DNA from: an uncultured Gemmatimonadaceae bacterium
Lineage (GTDB): Bacteria > Gemmatimonadota > Gemmatimonadetes > Gemmatimonadales > Gemmatimonadaceae
NCBI GenBank assembly: GCA_963751275.1
Contig: CAVVTZ010000007.1
Location: 224,001-288,000, forward strand
Length of the DNA: 64,000 bases
Direction of reading: 5' to 3'
Position 1 is the stretch's first letter; the number at the start of each line of letters is the position of its first letter. The notes beneath the pieces were generated by a model. The model did no database searches, had not been told where the DNA came from, and saw only the letters and a program-made list of their open reading frames with translations. The translations under genes were made by a program, and so were the position numbers. Shown here piece after piece: positions 10,059-22,420 of this stretch.

Positions 10059-11080
10059 TCGAAGCGAGGGGATTCGGCGCGCGGGCGGGCGCATTCGAGC
10101 TGCGCGACATCACCTTCACCGTGCCGCGCGGCGCGTACGGCGTGGTGATCGGACCGGCCGGCTCGGGCAAGACCACGCTCCTCGAAGCGATCGCCGGCAT
10201 CGTCCCCTCCGATGCCGGCTCGCTCCTGCTGGACGGCAAGGACAGCGCCGGCGCGCCGCCGGAGCGCCGCGGCATTGGGCTCGTCTACCAGCACGGCTAT
10301 CTCTTCCCGCACCTCTCGGTGGAAGCCAACATCGCGTACGGCGCGTCCGACCCCGCCTTCGCGCGCGCGATCGGCGAGCGGCTCGGCGCCGGCGCGCTCG
10401 CCGCGCGCGATGTGCGCACGCTCAGCGGCGGCGAACGCGCGATCGTCGCGATCGCGCGCGCCATTGCCGCGCGGCCGTCCATCCTGCTGCTCGACGAGCC
10501 GTTCAGCGCGCTCGACCCGCGGCGGCGCGCGCTGGTGCGCCGCGAGGTGCGCGCGCTCCACCGCGAACTCGGGTCCACGGCGCTCCAGGTGACGCACGAC
10601 TTCACCGAGGCCGGCCTGCTCGGCGATGTCGCGATCCTGCTCGATGCGGGCCGCGTGCTGCAGTGGGGACCACCGGACCGCGTATTCCGCGCGCCCGCCT
10701 CGCCGTACATTGCGGAGTTCCTTGGCGCCGAGAACGTGTTCGCGGGCGAGGTGCGCGCCGGCGCGGATGGCATCGAGTTCCGCGCCGGCGCGCTGACGTT
10801 CCACGCGGTGGGCGACGCGCCGGCGGGCGCGGGCCACGCGGTGATTCGCGCCGAAGAAGTGATGGTCGCGATGGAAGCGTCGGTGTCGTCCGTGCGCAAT
10901 CAGTTCCAGGGCCGGATCACGGAGCTCGCGTCGCTCGGGGCGCTCACGAGAGCGACCGTGGATGTGAATGGCGTTCCGTTGGTGGCCGTGCTCACAACGC
11001 GCTCGGCGCAGGATCTCGTTCTCTCGGAGGGACGGCTCGTATGGGTCTCATTCAAGGCCATGGCGGTGCATCTGTGTTGA
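10055..11080 (+). CDS. wtpC: Mo/W ABC ATPase with C-terminal TOBE domain
   Basis: GPAGSGKTT, LSGGE, LLDEP; C-terminal SSVRNQFQG...SFKAMAVHL. Confidence 0.88.
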   Translation: MIEARGFGARAGAFELRDITFTVPRGAYGVVIGPAGSGKTTLLEAIAGIVPSDAGSLLLDGKDSAGAPPERRGIGLVYQHGYLFPHLSVEANIAYGASDPAFARAIGERLGAGALAARDVRTLSGGERAIVAIARAIAARPSILLLDEPFSALDPRRRALVRREVRALHRELGSTALQVTHDFTEAGLLGDVAILLDAGRVLQWGPPDRVFRAPASPYIAEFLGAENVFAGEVRAGADGIEFRAGALTFHAVGDAPAGAGHAVIRAEEVMVAMEASVSSVRNQFQGRITELASLGALTRATVDVNGVPLVAVLTTRSAQDLVLSEGRLVWVSFKAMAVHLC

Positions 11081-11269
11081 CGTCCGCGCGCGGGGCGCTG
11101 GCCGCTTCGACGAAGCGCTGGTGAACTGGCTGCTGGGCGTTCCGTGACGAGCTGGCGCCAAGGACTGGCGCCGCTTTGGCGTTTAGGTTTGTTATGGGCA
11201 TACACCATAAGAGCGAAGCTGCGTCGGACGGTCCGGTTGGTCGGCGTTTCAGATCCAAACCAGCTTCTG

Positions 11270-11332
11270 TAATTGTTATCATTGTTATGATATATTATCA
11301 TAACGAATAGATATTATCATAAATAACCAATA
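11270..11332. promoter_or_regulatory. AT-rich operator/promoter region with 9-bp palindrome
   Basis: GTTATGATA-TAT-TATCATAAC (11284-11304) plus a repeated ATATTATCATAA (11311-11322), just upstream of the ATPase. Confidence 0.65.
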
Positions 11333-11348
11333 AGCAAGCCGGCGTTCC

Positions 11349-12545
11349 ATGGATCGAGCGAAGAACCCCTTTGCACCCGGCGCCGGGACCCGCCCTCCGG
11401 AACTGGCAGGCCGCGATCAGATCATCGAGGATGCGACGGTCGCGCTCAAGCGCGTTCTCGATGGCCGGCCCGCAAAGAGCCAGCTACTGCTCGGCCTTCG
11501 CGGGGTCGGCAAGACAGTCCTGCTGAACCGCATCGGCGAGATCGCCGAGGAGGAGAACTTCCTCACGGTGGTGCTGGAGGCGCCCGAGAGCCGGCGCCTG
11601 GCGGAAATGCTTGTTCCTCCGCTGCGCGCGACGCTATTCAAGCTCAGCGGTATTGCGCACGCTCGCGATCTGGCGAATCGGGGGATCCGCGTGCTGCGAT
11701 CGTTCGCAAGCGCGTTCAAGGTCAAGTACGGCGGAGCCGAGTTCAGCGTCGAAGCCGAGAGCGGCGTCGCGGACTCCGGCGACCTGGAATCCGATCTGCC
11801 CGCGCTGCTCGAAACGGTGGCGCGCGCCGCGAAGGCGGCCGGCCGCGGTGTGGCCATCCTCATCGACGAGGTCCAGTATCTCTCGCAGGCGGACCTGAGC
11901 GCGCTCATCGTCTCGATCCACCGGATCGCGCAACGTGATCTGCCGCTGCTCGTCTTCGGCGCGGGTCTTCCGCAGCTCGCGGGGTTGGTGGGCGAGGCGA
12001 AATCCTACGCGGAGCGGCTGTTCGACTTCCCGGATGTGGGTCCGCTGTCGCCAGCGGCGGCCGCGCAGGCGATCCGCCAGCCGCTCCTCGAAGAGGGCGC
12101 CGAGATCGAACCGGCCGCGCTGGCGCTCGTGGTGGAGCGCACGCAGCGCTATCCGTACTTCCTGCAGGAGTGGGGCTCGCAGGCGTGGAACGTCGCCGCC
12201 GCGTCGCCGATCACTTTCGCCGATGTCGAGCGCGCCACCGAGAATGCGCGGACCGCGCTGGACAACGGATTCTTCCGCGTTCGCTTCGACCGGCTCACGC
12301 CCAGGGAGCGCGACTACGTGCGCGCGATGGCGGAGCTGGGGCCCGGCTCGCACCGCTCGCCGGCGATCGCGGCGCTCCTCAAGCTGCACGTGACCGCGGC
12401 GGCGCCGATCCGGGGCGACCTGATTCGCAAAGGCATGATCTACAGCCCGGCCCGCGGCGACACGGCGTTCACGGTGCCGATGTTCGATGACTTCATGCGG
12501 CGGATGATGCCCGACTGGAAACCGCCGGCGCACCGCCGGCGCTGA
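11349..12545 (+). CDS. AAA+/STAND-like ATP-binding protein with probable C-terminal winged helix
   Basis: NPFAPGAG..PPELAGR, GLRGVGKT, ILIDEVQ, YPYFLQ, LIRKGMIYSP...FTVPMF. Confidence 0.88.
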   Translation: MDRAKNPFAPGAGTRPPELAGRDQIIEDATVALKRVLDGRPAKSQLLLGLRGVGKTVLLNRIGEIAEEENFLTVVLEAPESRRLAEMLVPPLRATLFKLSGIAHARDLANRGIRVLRSFASAFKVKYGGAEFSVEAESGVADSGDLESDLPALLETVARAAKAAGRGVAILIDEVQYLSQADLSALIVSIHRIAQRDLPLLVFGAGLPQLAGLVGEAKSYAERLFDFPDVGPLSPAAAAQAIRQPLLEEGAEIEPAALALVVERTQRYPYFLQEWGSQAWNVAAASPITFADVERATENARTALDNGFFRVRFDRLTPRERDYVRAMAELGPGSHRSPAIAALLKLHVTAAAPIRGDLIRKGMIYSPARGDTAFTVPMFDDFMRRMMPDWKPPAHRRR

Positions 12546-12839
12546 CTACAGCTTCTCGATCCCCTCGCGGCCGATGCCCGGCACCCACGGCAGGATCTCC
12601 CACTGCGCGATGCCGGCCTTGATGTAGGGATCGCCATCGCGCACGGCATTGAGCGCGGCCGACGCGCCCTCATCGGGCACGCGCAGGATCGCCGCGCCGC
12701 CGTGGCGCGGCTCGAAGGGTCCGGACACCAGCAGGATCCCCTTCGCCTTGAGCCCGCCGAGGTACGCGCGGTGCTCGTCCACCACCTTCAGGATCTCCTC
12801 GAGCGGCCGCCGGTAGCGGATGATCGCGATGGCATACAC
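12546..12839 (-). CDS. YciI family protein
   Basis: HRAYL...LLVSGPF...GDPY. Confidence 0.82.
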   Translation of the reverse strand: MYAIAIIRYRRPLEEILKVVDEHRAYLGGLKAKGILLVSGPFEPRHGGAAILRVPDEGASAALNAVRDGDPYIKAGIAQWEILPWVPGIGREGIEKL

Positions 12840-12841
12840 CG

Positions 12842-13288
12842 CTACTTGAGTTCTTCGGCGAGCGCTTCCGCGAGCGCGCCCCATGCCAGCAGCGCGCACT
12901 TGAGCCGCACCGGCAGCCGTGACACGCCGGCGAGCGCGCGCAGATCGCCGAGCGCCGCATCGCGCGCGGCCGCGTCATCGCCATGGACCATTTCCGTGAA
13001 ACGGCGCGCGAGGCGCTCCACCTGCTCGCGCGATTTCCCCTTGAGCTGCTGCGTCATCATCGACGCCGACGCCTGCGAGATGGCGCAGCCCTGGCCCGTG
13101 AACTTCACGTCGTGCACGGTGTCGCCGGCGAACTCGATCTGGAGCGTGATCTCGTCGCCGCATAGCGGGTTCTTCTTGTCCACCGACACGTTCGCGCACG
13201 GCAGCTCCCCGCGGTTCCGCGGGCGCCGGTAGTGGTCCAGCAGCACTTCCTGGTAGAGCGCGCTCAGCGCGTCGTCAGACGGAGGCAT
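12842..13288 (-). CDS. sufU: SufU (NifU-like) Fe-S assembly protein
   Basis: LYQEVLLDHY, NPLCGD, GCAISQASAS, RLKCALL. Confidence 0.93.
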   Translation of the reverse strand: MPPSDDALSALYQEVLLDHYRRPRNRGELPCANVSVDKKNPLCGDEITLQIEFAGDTVHDVKFTGQGCAISQASASMMTQQLKGKSREQVERLARRFTEMVHGDDAAARDAALGDLRALAGVSRLPVRLKCALLAWGALAEALAEELK

Positions 13289-14504
13289 GGCCGAAGAGTT
13301 CGAGTGCGGCGCGAAGGCCGCCGATCAGCGCATCCACATCCCGCTCGTCGTTGTACACCGAGAAAGATGCACGCGCCGTCGAGCCCACGCCAAGCCGGCG
13401 CATCAGCGGCTGCGCGCAGTGGTGCCCCGCGCGAATGCGATGCCCCGCGCATCCAGTATGGACGAAAGATCGTGCGGATGCACGTCCGCGAGCGTGAAGC
13501 TCACCACCGCGCCGCGCCCCGTGCCCGCGGGCGGACCGTACACCCGCACGCCCTCCACCGATGCCATCTGCCCGATCGCTCGCGACGCCAGCGCGCTGCC
13601 GTGCGCGTGCACCGCGTCCATGCCGAACGTCGCGAGATAGTCCGCCGCCGCGGCGAGCCCCACGGCGCCCTCCACGTTCGGCGTGCCCGCCTCGAACTTG
13701 TGCGGCAGCACGTTCCAGGTGCTGTGGTCATCGTGCACGAACTCGATCATGTCGCCGCCAGTCTTGTATGGCGGCATCGCCTCGAGCAGCGCGCGCCGGC
13801 CCACCAGCGCGCCCACGCCCATCGGGTCCGAACATCTTGTGCCCGCCGAAGGCGTAGAAGTCCACGCCGAGCGCGTCGATCGACACGGGCATGTGCGGCG
13901 CCGCCTGCGCGCCATCGCACACGCTGATCGCACCCGGCGCCGCCTCGCGCACCAAGGCGGCGATCTCGCGCACCGGGTTCACCGCGCCCAACACGTTCGA
14001 CACGTGATTGAACGCCACCACGCGCGTGCGCGCGGTCACCAGTCCGCGAAGCTGCTCGAGGTCCACGGAACCATCCGCGCCCAGCGGCGCGATCGTGAAC
14101 TCGGCGCCGCGCTCGAGCGCCAGCTGCTGCCAGGGGACGAAGTTGCCGTGATGCTCCGCCGCCGTCACGATGATCCGGTCGCCGGCGCGCACGTTGGCGC
14201 GCCCCCACGTGGCGGCCACGAGGTTCAGCGACTCGGTGCATTCCCCCGTGAAGAGGAACGTGTCGGGATCGGCCACGCCGAAGAAGCGCGCCAGCCGCTG
14301 GCGGGCGTTCCGGTACGCCGACGTCGCGCGCGCCGAGAGCGCGTATGCCCCGCGATGCGGGTTCGCGTAGTCGCGCGTGTAGAACTCGGCGATCGCGTCG
14401 AGCACCACGCGGGGCTTCTGTGATGTCGCCGCCGTGTCGAGGTACACGAGCGACGGATCCGCCGCGAGCAGCGGGAAATCCGACCGCGGCGCGAGCGCGC
14501 TCAT
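13275..14504 (-). CDS. sufS: SufS cysteine desulfurase (frameshifts ~13825 and ~13430)
   Basis: YLDTAATSQKP, DGAQ, GHKMFGP, FEAGTP, HPHD, RAGHHCAQP, spread across three frames. Confidence 0.9.
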
Positions 14505-14824
14505 GTGCGGCGCGGCCCCACGCAGATCATGCCGCCGATCACCATCACGCGATACACCGCGATCGGCTCCTCAGCGGGCGGATGCACCGGCGTGCCGGTG
14601 GTCAGGTCGAACTGCGCACCATGCCAGGCGCATTCGAGCCGGCCGCCGGGCAGCAGCGTGCCATTGTCGAGCGGGAATTCCTGGTGGGAACAGTGGCCGG
14701 CCACCGCGCGGATGGTGCCGCGGTCGTTGATCAGGCACACGTGCTCGCCGGCGGACGTTCGGGCGGCGAGCAGCGTACCGAGCGGCAGGTCATCCGCGGG
14801 CACCAGCGGCTCGTAGCCTTCCAT
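14501..14824 (-). CDS. Rieske-type ferredoxin
   Basis: CSH...CAWHG. Confidence 0.9.
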   Translation of the reverse strand: MEGYEPLVPADDLPLGTLLAARTSAGEHVCLINDRGTIRAVAGHCSHQEFPLDNGTLLPGGRLECAWHGAQFDLTTGTPVHPPAEEPIAVYRVMVIGGMICVGPRRT

Positions 14825-16140
14825 CAGGCGCCGGCTCCGGCCCCGGCGAATCGCGCGAGCGAGAGCGACTCGAGGCGGTCGCGCACCGGCGCGAGCTCGA
14901 TCGTCTCGATCACGTCGGCCGCGAACGCGTACGTGAGCAGCCGGCGCGACCGTCGGCGCCGATGCCGCGGCTCTCCAGATAGAACAGCGCCATCTCGTCG
15001 AGCCGGCCGACGGTCGCGCCGTGCGTGCACTTCACGTCGTCGGCGAAGATCTCGAGCTGCGGCTTGGTGTCCACCCGCGCGCGCTCGGAGAGCAGCAGGT
15101 TCGTCGTTGGTCTGCTTGCCGTCGGTCTTCTGCGCCTCGGGATGCGACGTACACCTTGCCGTTGAACACGCCGTGCGACGCGCCGTCGAGGATCCCCTTG
15201 TAGAGTTCGCGGCTGCGCAGCGGGCGCGAGGTGCTCGATGCACGTCTGATGGTCGACGTGCTGCGTGCCGTCGGTCATGTACAGGCCGTTGAGCGCGTCG
15301 CCGCATCCCGGCCCGGCGAGCTGCCGTGTAGATGTTCGTGCGCGAGAGCGCCGCGCCGCTCGCGAACGAGAAGGACTGGTAGTGGCTGTCGCGCCCCTGC
15401 ACGGCTTCCACCGTGGCGACGTGAAAGGCCCGCTCGCTCTCGCGCTGGATCTTGTAGTGTCGCAGCGTCGCGCCATTCGCCCACGTGCGATCTCCGTGAC
15501 TGCATTCGTGAGGTACGCGCGCCGCGCCGGTGGACACGTAGCTCTCCACCATCGCCGACCTGCGATCCGCGCTCCGCCACGATCAGGTTCCGCACATGCG
15601 CCGCGCCCTCGGCGGCGTTCGCATCGGCGAGAAGAGGAGATGCACCGGCGACGCCGCCTCGACGTTCGCGCCAATGTGCACCACGGCGCCGTCGTCCAGG
15701 AAGGCGGTGTTGAGGGCCGTGAACGGCGCGTTCTCCGCCTTGGCGATGCGGGTGAGGTGCCGTTCGAGCAGCTCCGGCGCTTCGCGCCACGCGCGCGGCA
15801 TGTCCATCACGCGCACGCCGGCGCTCGCGGTGCCGGTGGAGAGCTCGGCGCGGAAGCGGCCGTTCACGAACACCATCACCGGCCACGACGGGTCGAAGCG
15901 ATGCGCCGCGAGCGCCAGGGCATCCACCGTGGTCGCGACGCCGTGCAGCAGCCGGAACTCCGCCGCCGCGATCGGCGGCGGCGTTCGTGAAGTGCCAATC
16001 TTCGTTCTTCATCGTGGGGAAGCCGAGCGTCTCGAAGCGCGCGATCGCGGCGCGGCGCGCATCGCGCAGCCACGACGGCGCGGCGGCCCCGCCGTTCTTC
16101 GCGAACACCGCGTGCTGCTCGACGTAGTCCTGCACCGTCG

Positions 16141-16144
<4 letters not shown>
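14824..16144 (-). CDS. sufD: SufD (many frameshifts)
   Basis: Fragments [66 protein letters not shown]. Confidence 0.85.
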
Positions 16145-16894
<750 letters not shown>

Positions 16895-16922
16895 GGAATG
16901 CCTGTTCTAAGAAATGGTATGG

Positions 16923-17027
16923 CGCGGGACTCGGGACTCGGGACTCGCCGCGGGACGCGATAACACAGAGAGCGTGCTTTCGTCAGTTGTCGCGTCCCGC
17001 GGCGAGTCCCGAGCCCCGAGCCCCGCG
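16923..17027. repeat. 42-bp-arm palindrome containing GGGACTC heptamers, between sufB and sufC
   Basis: Arms 16923-16964 and 16986-17027, 3 mismatches. Confidence 0.9.
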
Positions 17028-17031
17028 TAGT

Positions 17032-18465
<1,434 letters not shown>

Positions 18466-18505
18466 ACGGGCTCCGGATCCGCGCACGCGTGGCGTTGGTG
18501 TCTTA

Positions 18506-18533
18506 AGCCTAGCGATTCTATCGGAATTGTCAA
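18506..18533 (-). promoter_or_regulatory. Putative sigma70 promoter of the suf operon
   Basis: Minus strand TTGACA-16 nt-TAGGCT, about 40 nt upstream of sufB. Confidence 0.6.
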
Positions 18534-18637
18534 CGTCGCAGCTTCGCGGACTTCCCCTGCGTAATGTCTTGCGGCGGAATGCGTTACGTGGATGGCGCCG
18601 GGTAAGGTGTTTCCTGACGCAGTGCGGCATTTCTCCC

Positions 18638-18666
18638 TTGCGCGCCATGCCGCACTGCGGTATAAT
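18638..18666 (+). promoter_or_regulatory. Putative sigma70 promoter of the phaR-like gene
   Basis: TTGCGC-17 nt-TATAAT, 6 nt before GTG 18673. Confidence 0.7.
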
Positions 18667-18672
18667 CCGCCT

Positions 18673-19140
18673 GTGAACACTCGCCACATCACCCGCTACG
18701 GGAGCCGCAAGCTGTACGACAGCTCCGCCCGGCAGTACGTGTCGCTCGATGACCTCGCGCGCCACGTACGGGCCGGGGAACACCTGCGGGTGATCGACAA
18801 GAAGACGGGGCACGATGTCACCGCCCAAACGCTCGCGCTGGTGCTGTACGAGCAGGCGCGCCAGGGCGAGCAGCTCCTCACGAGTGAACTGTTGCACGAC
18901 GTGATCCGCTCGGGGATCGGGCAGCTGCAGGAAAAGGTCGATGAGATCGTCACCGCCGGCGTCGATCGGGTGAAGCCGCTGCTCCATGCCCGCGAAGAGA
19001 TGGCGCGGCTGCGTGCCGGGATCGCGGGGATCGAGAAGTCGCTGAGGGAGTTCGCGAAGGAGACGAAGAGCGGACCTCGGCGCACAACTCCCGGCGCCCG
19101 GCAACGGCGGACGGCGAAACGCAGGAAACGGGAAGCCTAG
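18673..19140 (+). CDS. PhaR-like regulator (PHB_acc_N DNA-binding domain)
   Basis: [23 protein letters not shown]...[15 protein letters not shown]; basic C-terminal tail. Confidence 0.88.
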   Translation: MNTRHITRYGSRKLYDSSARQYVSLDDLARHVRAGEHLRVIDKKTGHDVTAQTLALVLYEQARQGEQLLTSELLHDVIRSGIGQLQEKVDEIVTAGVDRVKPLLHAREEMARLRAGIAGIEKSLREFAKETKSGPRRTTPGARQRRTAKRRKREA

Positions 19141-19208
19141 ATGATCCCGGTGATGTGACACAGGCACGCACTCGGGATGAACCACTTACCTGCTGAGAGG
19201 AACCAGTT

Positions 19209-19694
19209 ATGAAAAAGACCAACGCATTCGCACCCAAGGCGATCATCGCCAAGACGGCCGAGATGGCGCAGGAGCGCGCGCTGCAGGTGCAGGAGACGGC
19301 GCAGAACGTATGGTTCGCCGGACTGGGCGCGCTCGCGCTCGCCGAGGACCGCAGCGGCAAGCTGTTCAAGGAGCTGGTGAAGAAGGGCGAGGCCGTGGAT
19401 CTCAAGAACAAGAAGATCTTCAGCGGCATGGTGAAGGACGTCGAGGCCCGCATCGAGTTCGCGAAGGAGACCATGGTGGACGCGACCAGCGGCACGTACG
19501 AGAAGGTGAGCGGCGGCCTGGAGAACGGCATGGCGAGCGTGATGCACACGTTCGGCGTTCCCACCCGCAATGAGATCAAGACGCTGACCAAGAAGGTCGA
19601 CCTGCTCACGCAGAGCGTCGACAAGAAGTCCAAGCGGGCGATCAGCGCCGGCACCAAGCGGGTGCGTAAGGCGACCGCCGCCGCGCGCAGCTAG
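19209..19694 (+). CDS. Phasin family protein (PhaI/PhaF type)
   Basis: VWFAGLGAL...GKLFKELVKKGE and GVPTRNEI..L...VD.L; RBS GAGAGG. Confidence 0.85.
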   Translation: MKKTNAFAPKAIIAKTAEMAQERALQVQETAQNVWFAGLGALALAEDRSGKLFKELVKKGEAVDLKNKKIFSGMVKDVEARIEFAKETMVDATSGTYEKVSGGLENGMASVMHTFGVPTRNEIKTLTKKVDLLTQSVDKKSKRAISAGTKRVRKATAAARS

Positions 19695-19711
19695 CAACCG
19701 ACGGGAGCGAG

Positions 19712-20965
19712 ATGCGCCGCATGCGCCGGCACGCCAGCCGCAAGATCGGGCTGGCGCTTGCCGGCGGCGGTCCGGAGGGCGCCGTGTACGAGATCGGCGC
19801 CCTGCGGGCCCTCGAGGAAGCGCTGGACGGGATCGACTTCAATGATCTCGACAGCTATGTGGGGGTGAGCGCCGGCTCGTTCGTCGCCGCCCTCCTCGCG
19901 AACGACATCCCCATCTCGCAGCTCGTGCGGATGATCGTCACGCACGAGCCCGACGAGCAGCCTTTCCACTTCGAGAAGTTCTTCGCGCCGGCATACGGCG
20001 AGCTCGCGCGGCGCGGCCTCATGCTGCCCGGCCTCGTCGCGGAATCGATCCTGAAATTCGCACAGAAGCCCGGCGACCAGAGTCTGCGGGAGGCGTTCAC
20101 GCTGCTCGGCCGCGCGATCCCCGTTGGACTGTTCGACAACGATCCGATCCGCCGGTATCTCGAGCGGACCTTCGCGCGCAAGCACCGCACGAACGATTTC
20201 CGGAAGCTGCGCCGCAAACTGATCGTGGTCGCGGCGGATCTCGACTCCGGCCGGCCGATCCTGTTCGGCGGCAAGGGATGGGACCACGTGCCCATCTCGA
20301 AGGCCGTGCAGGCGAGCACGGCACTGCCCGGCCTCTATCCGCCGGTGCAGATCGATGGCTCCGATTGCGTGGACGGCGTGCTGCTGCGTACGGTGCACGC
20401 CTCGGTGGCGTTCGAGCAGGGCGTGGAACTGCTGCTGTGCGTGAACCCGATCGTGCCCACGGATGTCCGGCAGGCGGTGGGGCAGGGCCTCATGCCGAGC
20501 GGCATCCTCACGCGCCGCGGGCTGCCGTCGGTACTGTCACAGACGTTCCGTACGCTCATCCATTCGCGGCTGGAGGTGGGATTGTCGCGCTACGCGACGC
20601 ATTTCCCCGGCGCGGACCTCGTGCTCTTCGAGCCGGGGCGGGACGAGTACGCGATGTTCTTCTCGAACATGTTCAGCTTCTCGTCGCGGAAGGACGTGTG
20701 CGAGCTCGCGTACCGGCACACGCGCCGCGAGTTGTGGTCGCGCCGCCGCGTGCTCGAGCCGCTCTTCAAGAAGCACGGCGTGACGCTGCGGCTCGATGTG
20801 CTCAAGGACGAGACGCGCTCCGTGTGGGAGAGCGCCGGCGTGTCGACCAAGCGCCGCGCCAAGGTGTCCGCCAAGCTCCACCGCGCGCTGGCCGCGCTCG
20901 AGGACTCGGAGCGCTCCGTGAATGGCAAGCGGCGGCTCGGGCGCAAACGGAAGGTCGCGGTATAG
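19712..20965 (+). CDS. Patatin-like phospholipase/esterase
   Basis: LAGGGPEG, GVSAG nucleophile motif, ASTALPG, VDG. Confidence 0.92.
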   Translation: MRRMRRHASRKIGLALAGGGPEGAVYEIGALRALEEALDGIDFNDLDSYVGVSAGSFVAALLANDIPISQLVRMIVTHEPDEQPFHFEKFFAPAYGELARRGLMLPGLVAESILKFAQKPGDQSLREAFTLLGRAIPVGLFDNDPIRRYLERTFARKHRTNDFRKLRRKLIVVAADLDSGRPILFGGKGWDHVPISKAVQASTALPGLYPPVQIDGSDCVDGVLLRTVHASVAFEQGVELLLCVNPIVPTDVRQAVGQGLMPSGILTRRGLPSVLSQTFRTLIHSRLEVGLSRYATHFPGADLVLFEPGRDEYAMFFSNMFSFSSRKDVCELAYRHTRRELWSRRRVLEPLFKKHGVTLRLDVLKDETRSVWESAGVSTKRRAKVSAKLHRALAALEDSERSVNGKRRLGRKRKVAV

Positions 20966-21023
20966 GCTTCGCGCCCATGGTGGTCGAGTCCCGCGCACCC
21001 GCGCGACCATCACGGTTCAAGCT

Positions 21024-21200
21024 TTGAACGGATGAGACGGATGAATCCGGATGACACGGATCGCTCCCGCGGCGCGGGAGCTCTCCATTCTCCGGCACCC
21101 TTGTATCGCAGTATCCGCCAGATCCGTAAGCAGTTTGCGCGATGTCCTTTGGCGTGCGCATCGTGCCCGTTCACGCGGTCTCCGTCAGATCCGTTCCAAC
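21024..21200. repeat. Imperfect inverted array of 9-bp CGGATGA-type units between convergent genes
   Basis: ACGGATGAG-ACGGATGAA-TCCGGATGA-CACGGAT versus ATCCGCCAGATCCGT and TCCGTCAGATCCGTTC. Confidence 0.7.
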
Positions 21201-21230
21201 AGCTGTACCGCGATCTCCCCTTGCGGATCC

Positions 21231-22416
21231 CTACTTCCGCGGCGGCAACGGCCGGTCCTTCAGCCGCCAGATGAACTCGCCGCGGATCTCGCGCGCGCGC
21301 TCCTTCGGGATGCCGCGATAACCATACGGCGGTTTGCGCCACGCCCGGCAGAGCGAGAGGATCGGCCAGCCGAAGGGCAGGTAGTACCCGATCAGATCGA
21401 GGTCCCGCAGGAAGGCGTGCAGCCGGTTCTTCGGCGGCGCGCGGCGCGCGTCCCGCTCGTGGCGCACGAACGCCAATGGCCAGCCGAGCGGCACGATCTT
21501 CCAGAATTGCCCGCGCGCTTCCTTCATCTTCTTCCAGAGCGTGTCCACGCGGTACGGCTTGCGTCCGTGCAGCTGCACCAGCTCGTTCAGCTCCACCTGC
21601 ATCCGGTGCCGCACCTTCACGGCCACGGTGCGCAGCTTCTCCCGGTCGGGCTCCTCGAGATCGCCGCACTCCTCCTCGCGCACGAGCTTCGCCATGTCGA
21701 TGGGCTCGCCGACCACGAAGATGAGGTTCGCCGGCAGCGCCAGGTACCACATCCACGGGAAGATGATCGCGAGGATCCCGATCGGCAGCGGGAGGAACGG
21801 CACGGTGAACACCCGCTGCATGAACTTGTCGAGCGGCTTGAAGGGGAACCCGAACGGGTTGATCCACTCGGCGTTGATCATGTACACCGGCAGCACCGGC
21901 GTGCGGTTGCGCGCGCCGAGCAGCACGAAGCTCGTGCTGAAGCGCTGCAACTGATAGCGGCGGTGGAATCCCTTGCCGATGCCCGGCACGCCCTCGGGGA
22001 AATACAGCACCCGCTCCTTCCGCTTGAGCAGGATGTCGAAGTTGTCGAACAGCATGTCCACGCCGCCGCCGCGGCGCCAGAAATCATCCAGCCCGAATGG
22101 CCGCATCCACCATGCGAAGCTCAACTCCTTCTCGTACACCGTGCGCAGCTTCGACTCCTTCGTGTAGCCGTAGTGCTTCCAGAGCAGGCTGTCGAAGACG
22201 ATCGCGTCGAAGGGGAAGGCGTTGCCGCTGTGGTTACCGGCAAGGATCACGGGGCCGTGGTCGGGGATGTGCTCGAGCCCGAAGATCTGCGCGCGGAACC
22301 AGAATGTCGTTGATCGGCCCCATGACGTGCGCGCAGATGTCGTGCGCGAACGCGGGCTGGAACGGCTCCCATTCGTGCGTGGGCAGCGGCGGCGGCGCGG
22401 GGTCGTTGCGGCTCAT
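21231..22416 (-). CDS. Lysophospholipid/glycerolipid acyltransferase family protein (+1 frameshift ~22302)
   Basis: GLEHIP..GPVILAGNHSG...D, YFPEGVPGIGK, RYQLQRF, PVLPV. The N-terminal 60-aa ORF joins on removing one base. Confidence 0.82.
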
Positions 22417-22420
22417 CGCG

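Noticed and set aside
6917..11080. 1387-aa ORF as a giant fusion protein
   Set aside because: Chimera of antisense sequence of the ABC-2 ATPase and in-frame parts of wtpA, wtpB and wtpC, joined by two frameshifts.
18673..20965. Complete canonical PHA biosynthesis locus
   Set aside because: No PhaC synthase or PhaA/PhaB nearby; only regulator, phasin and patatin.
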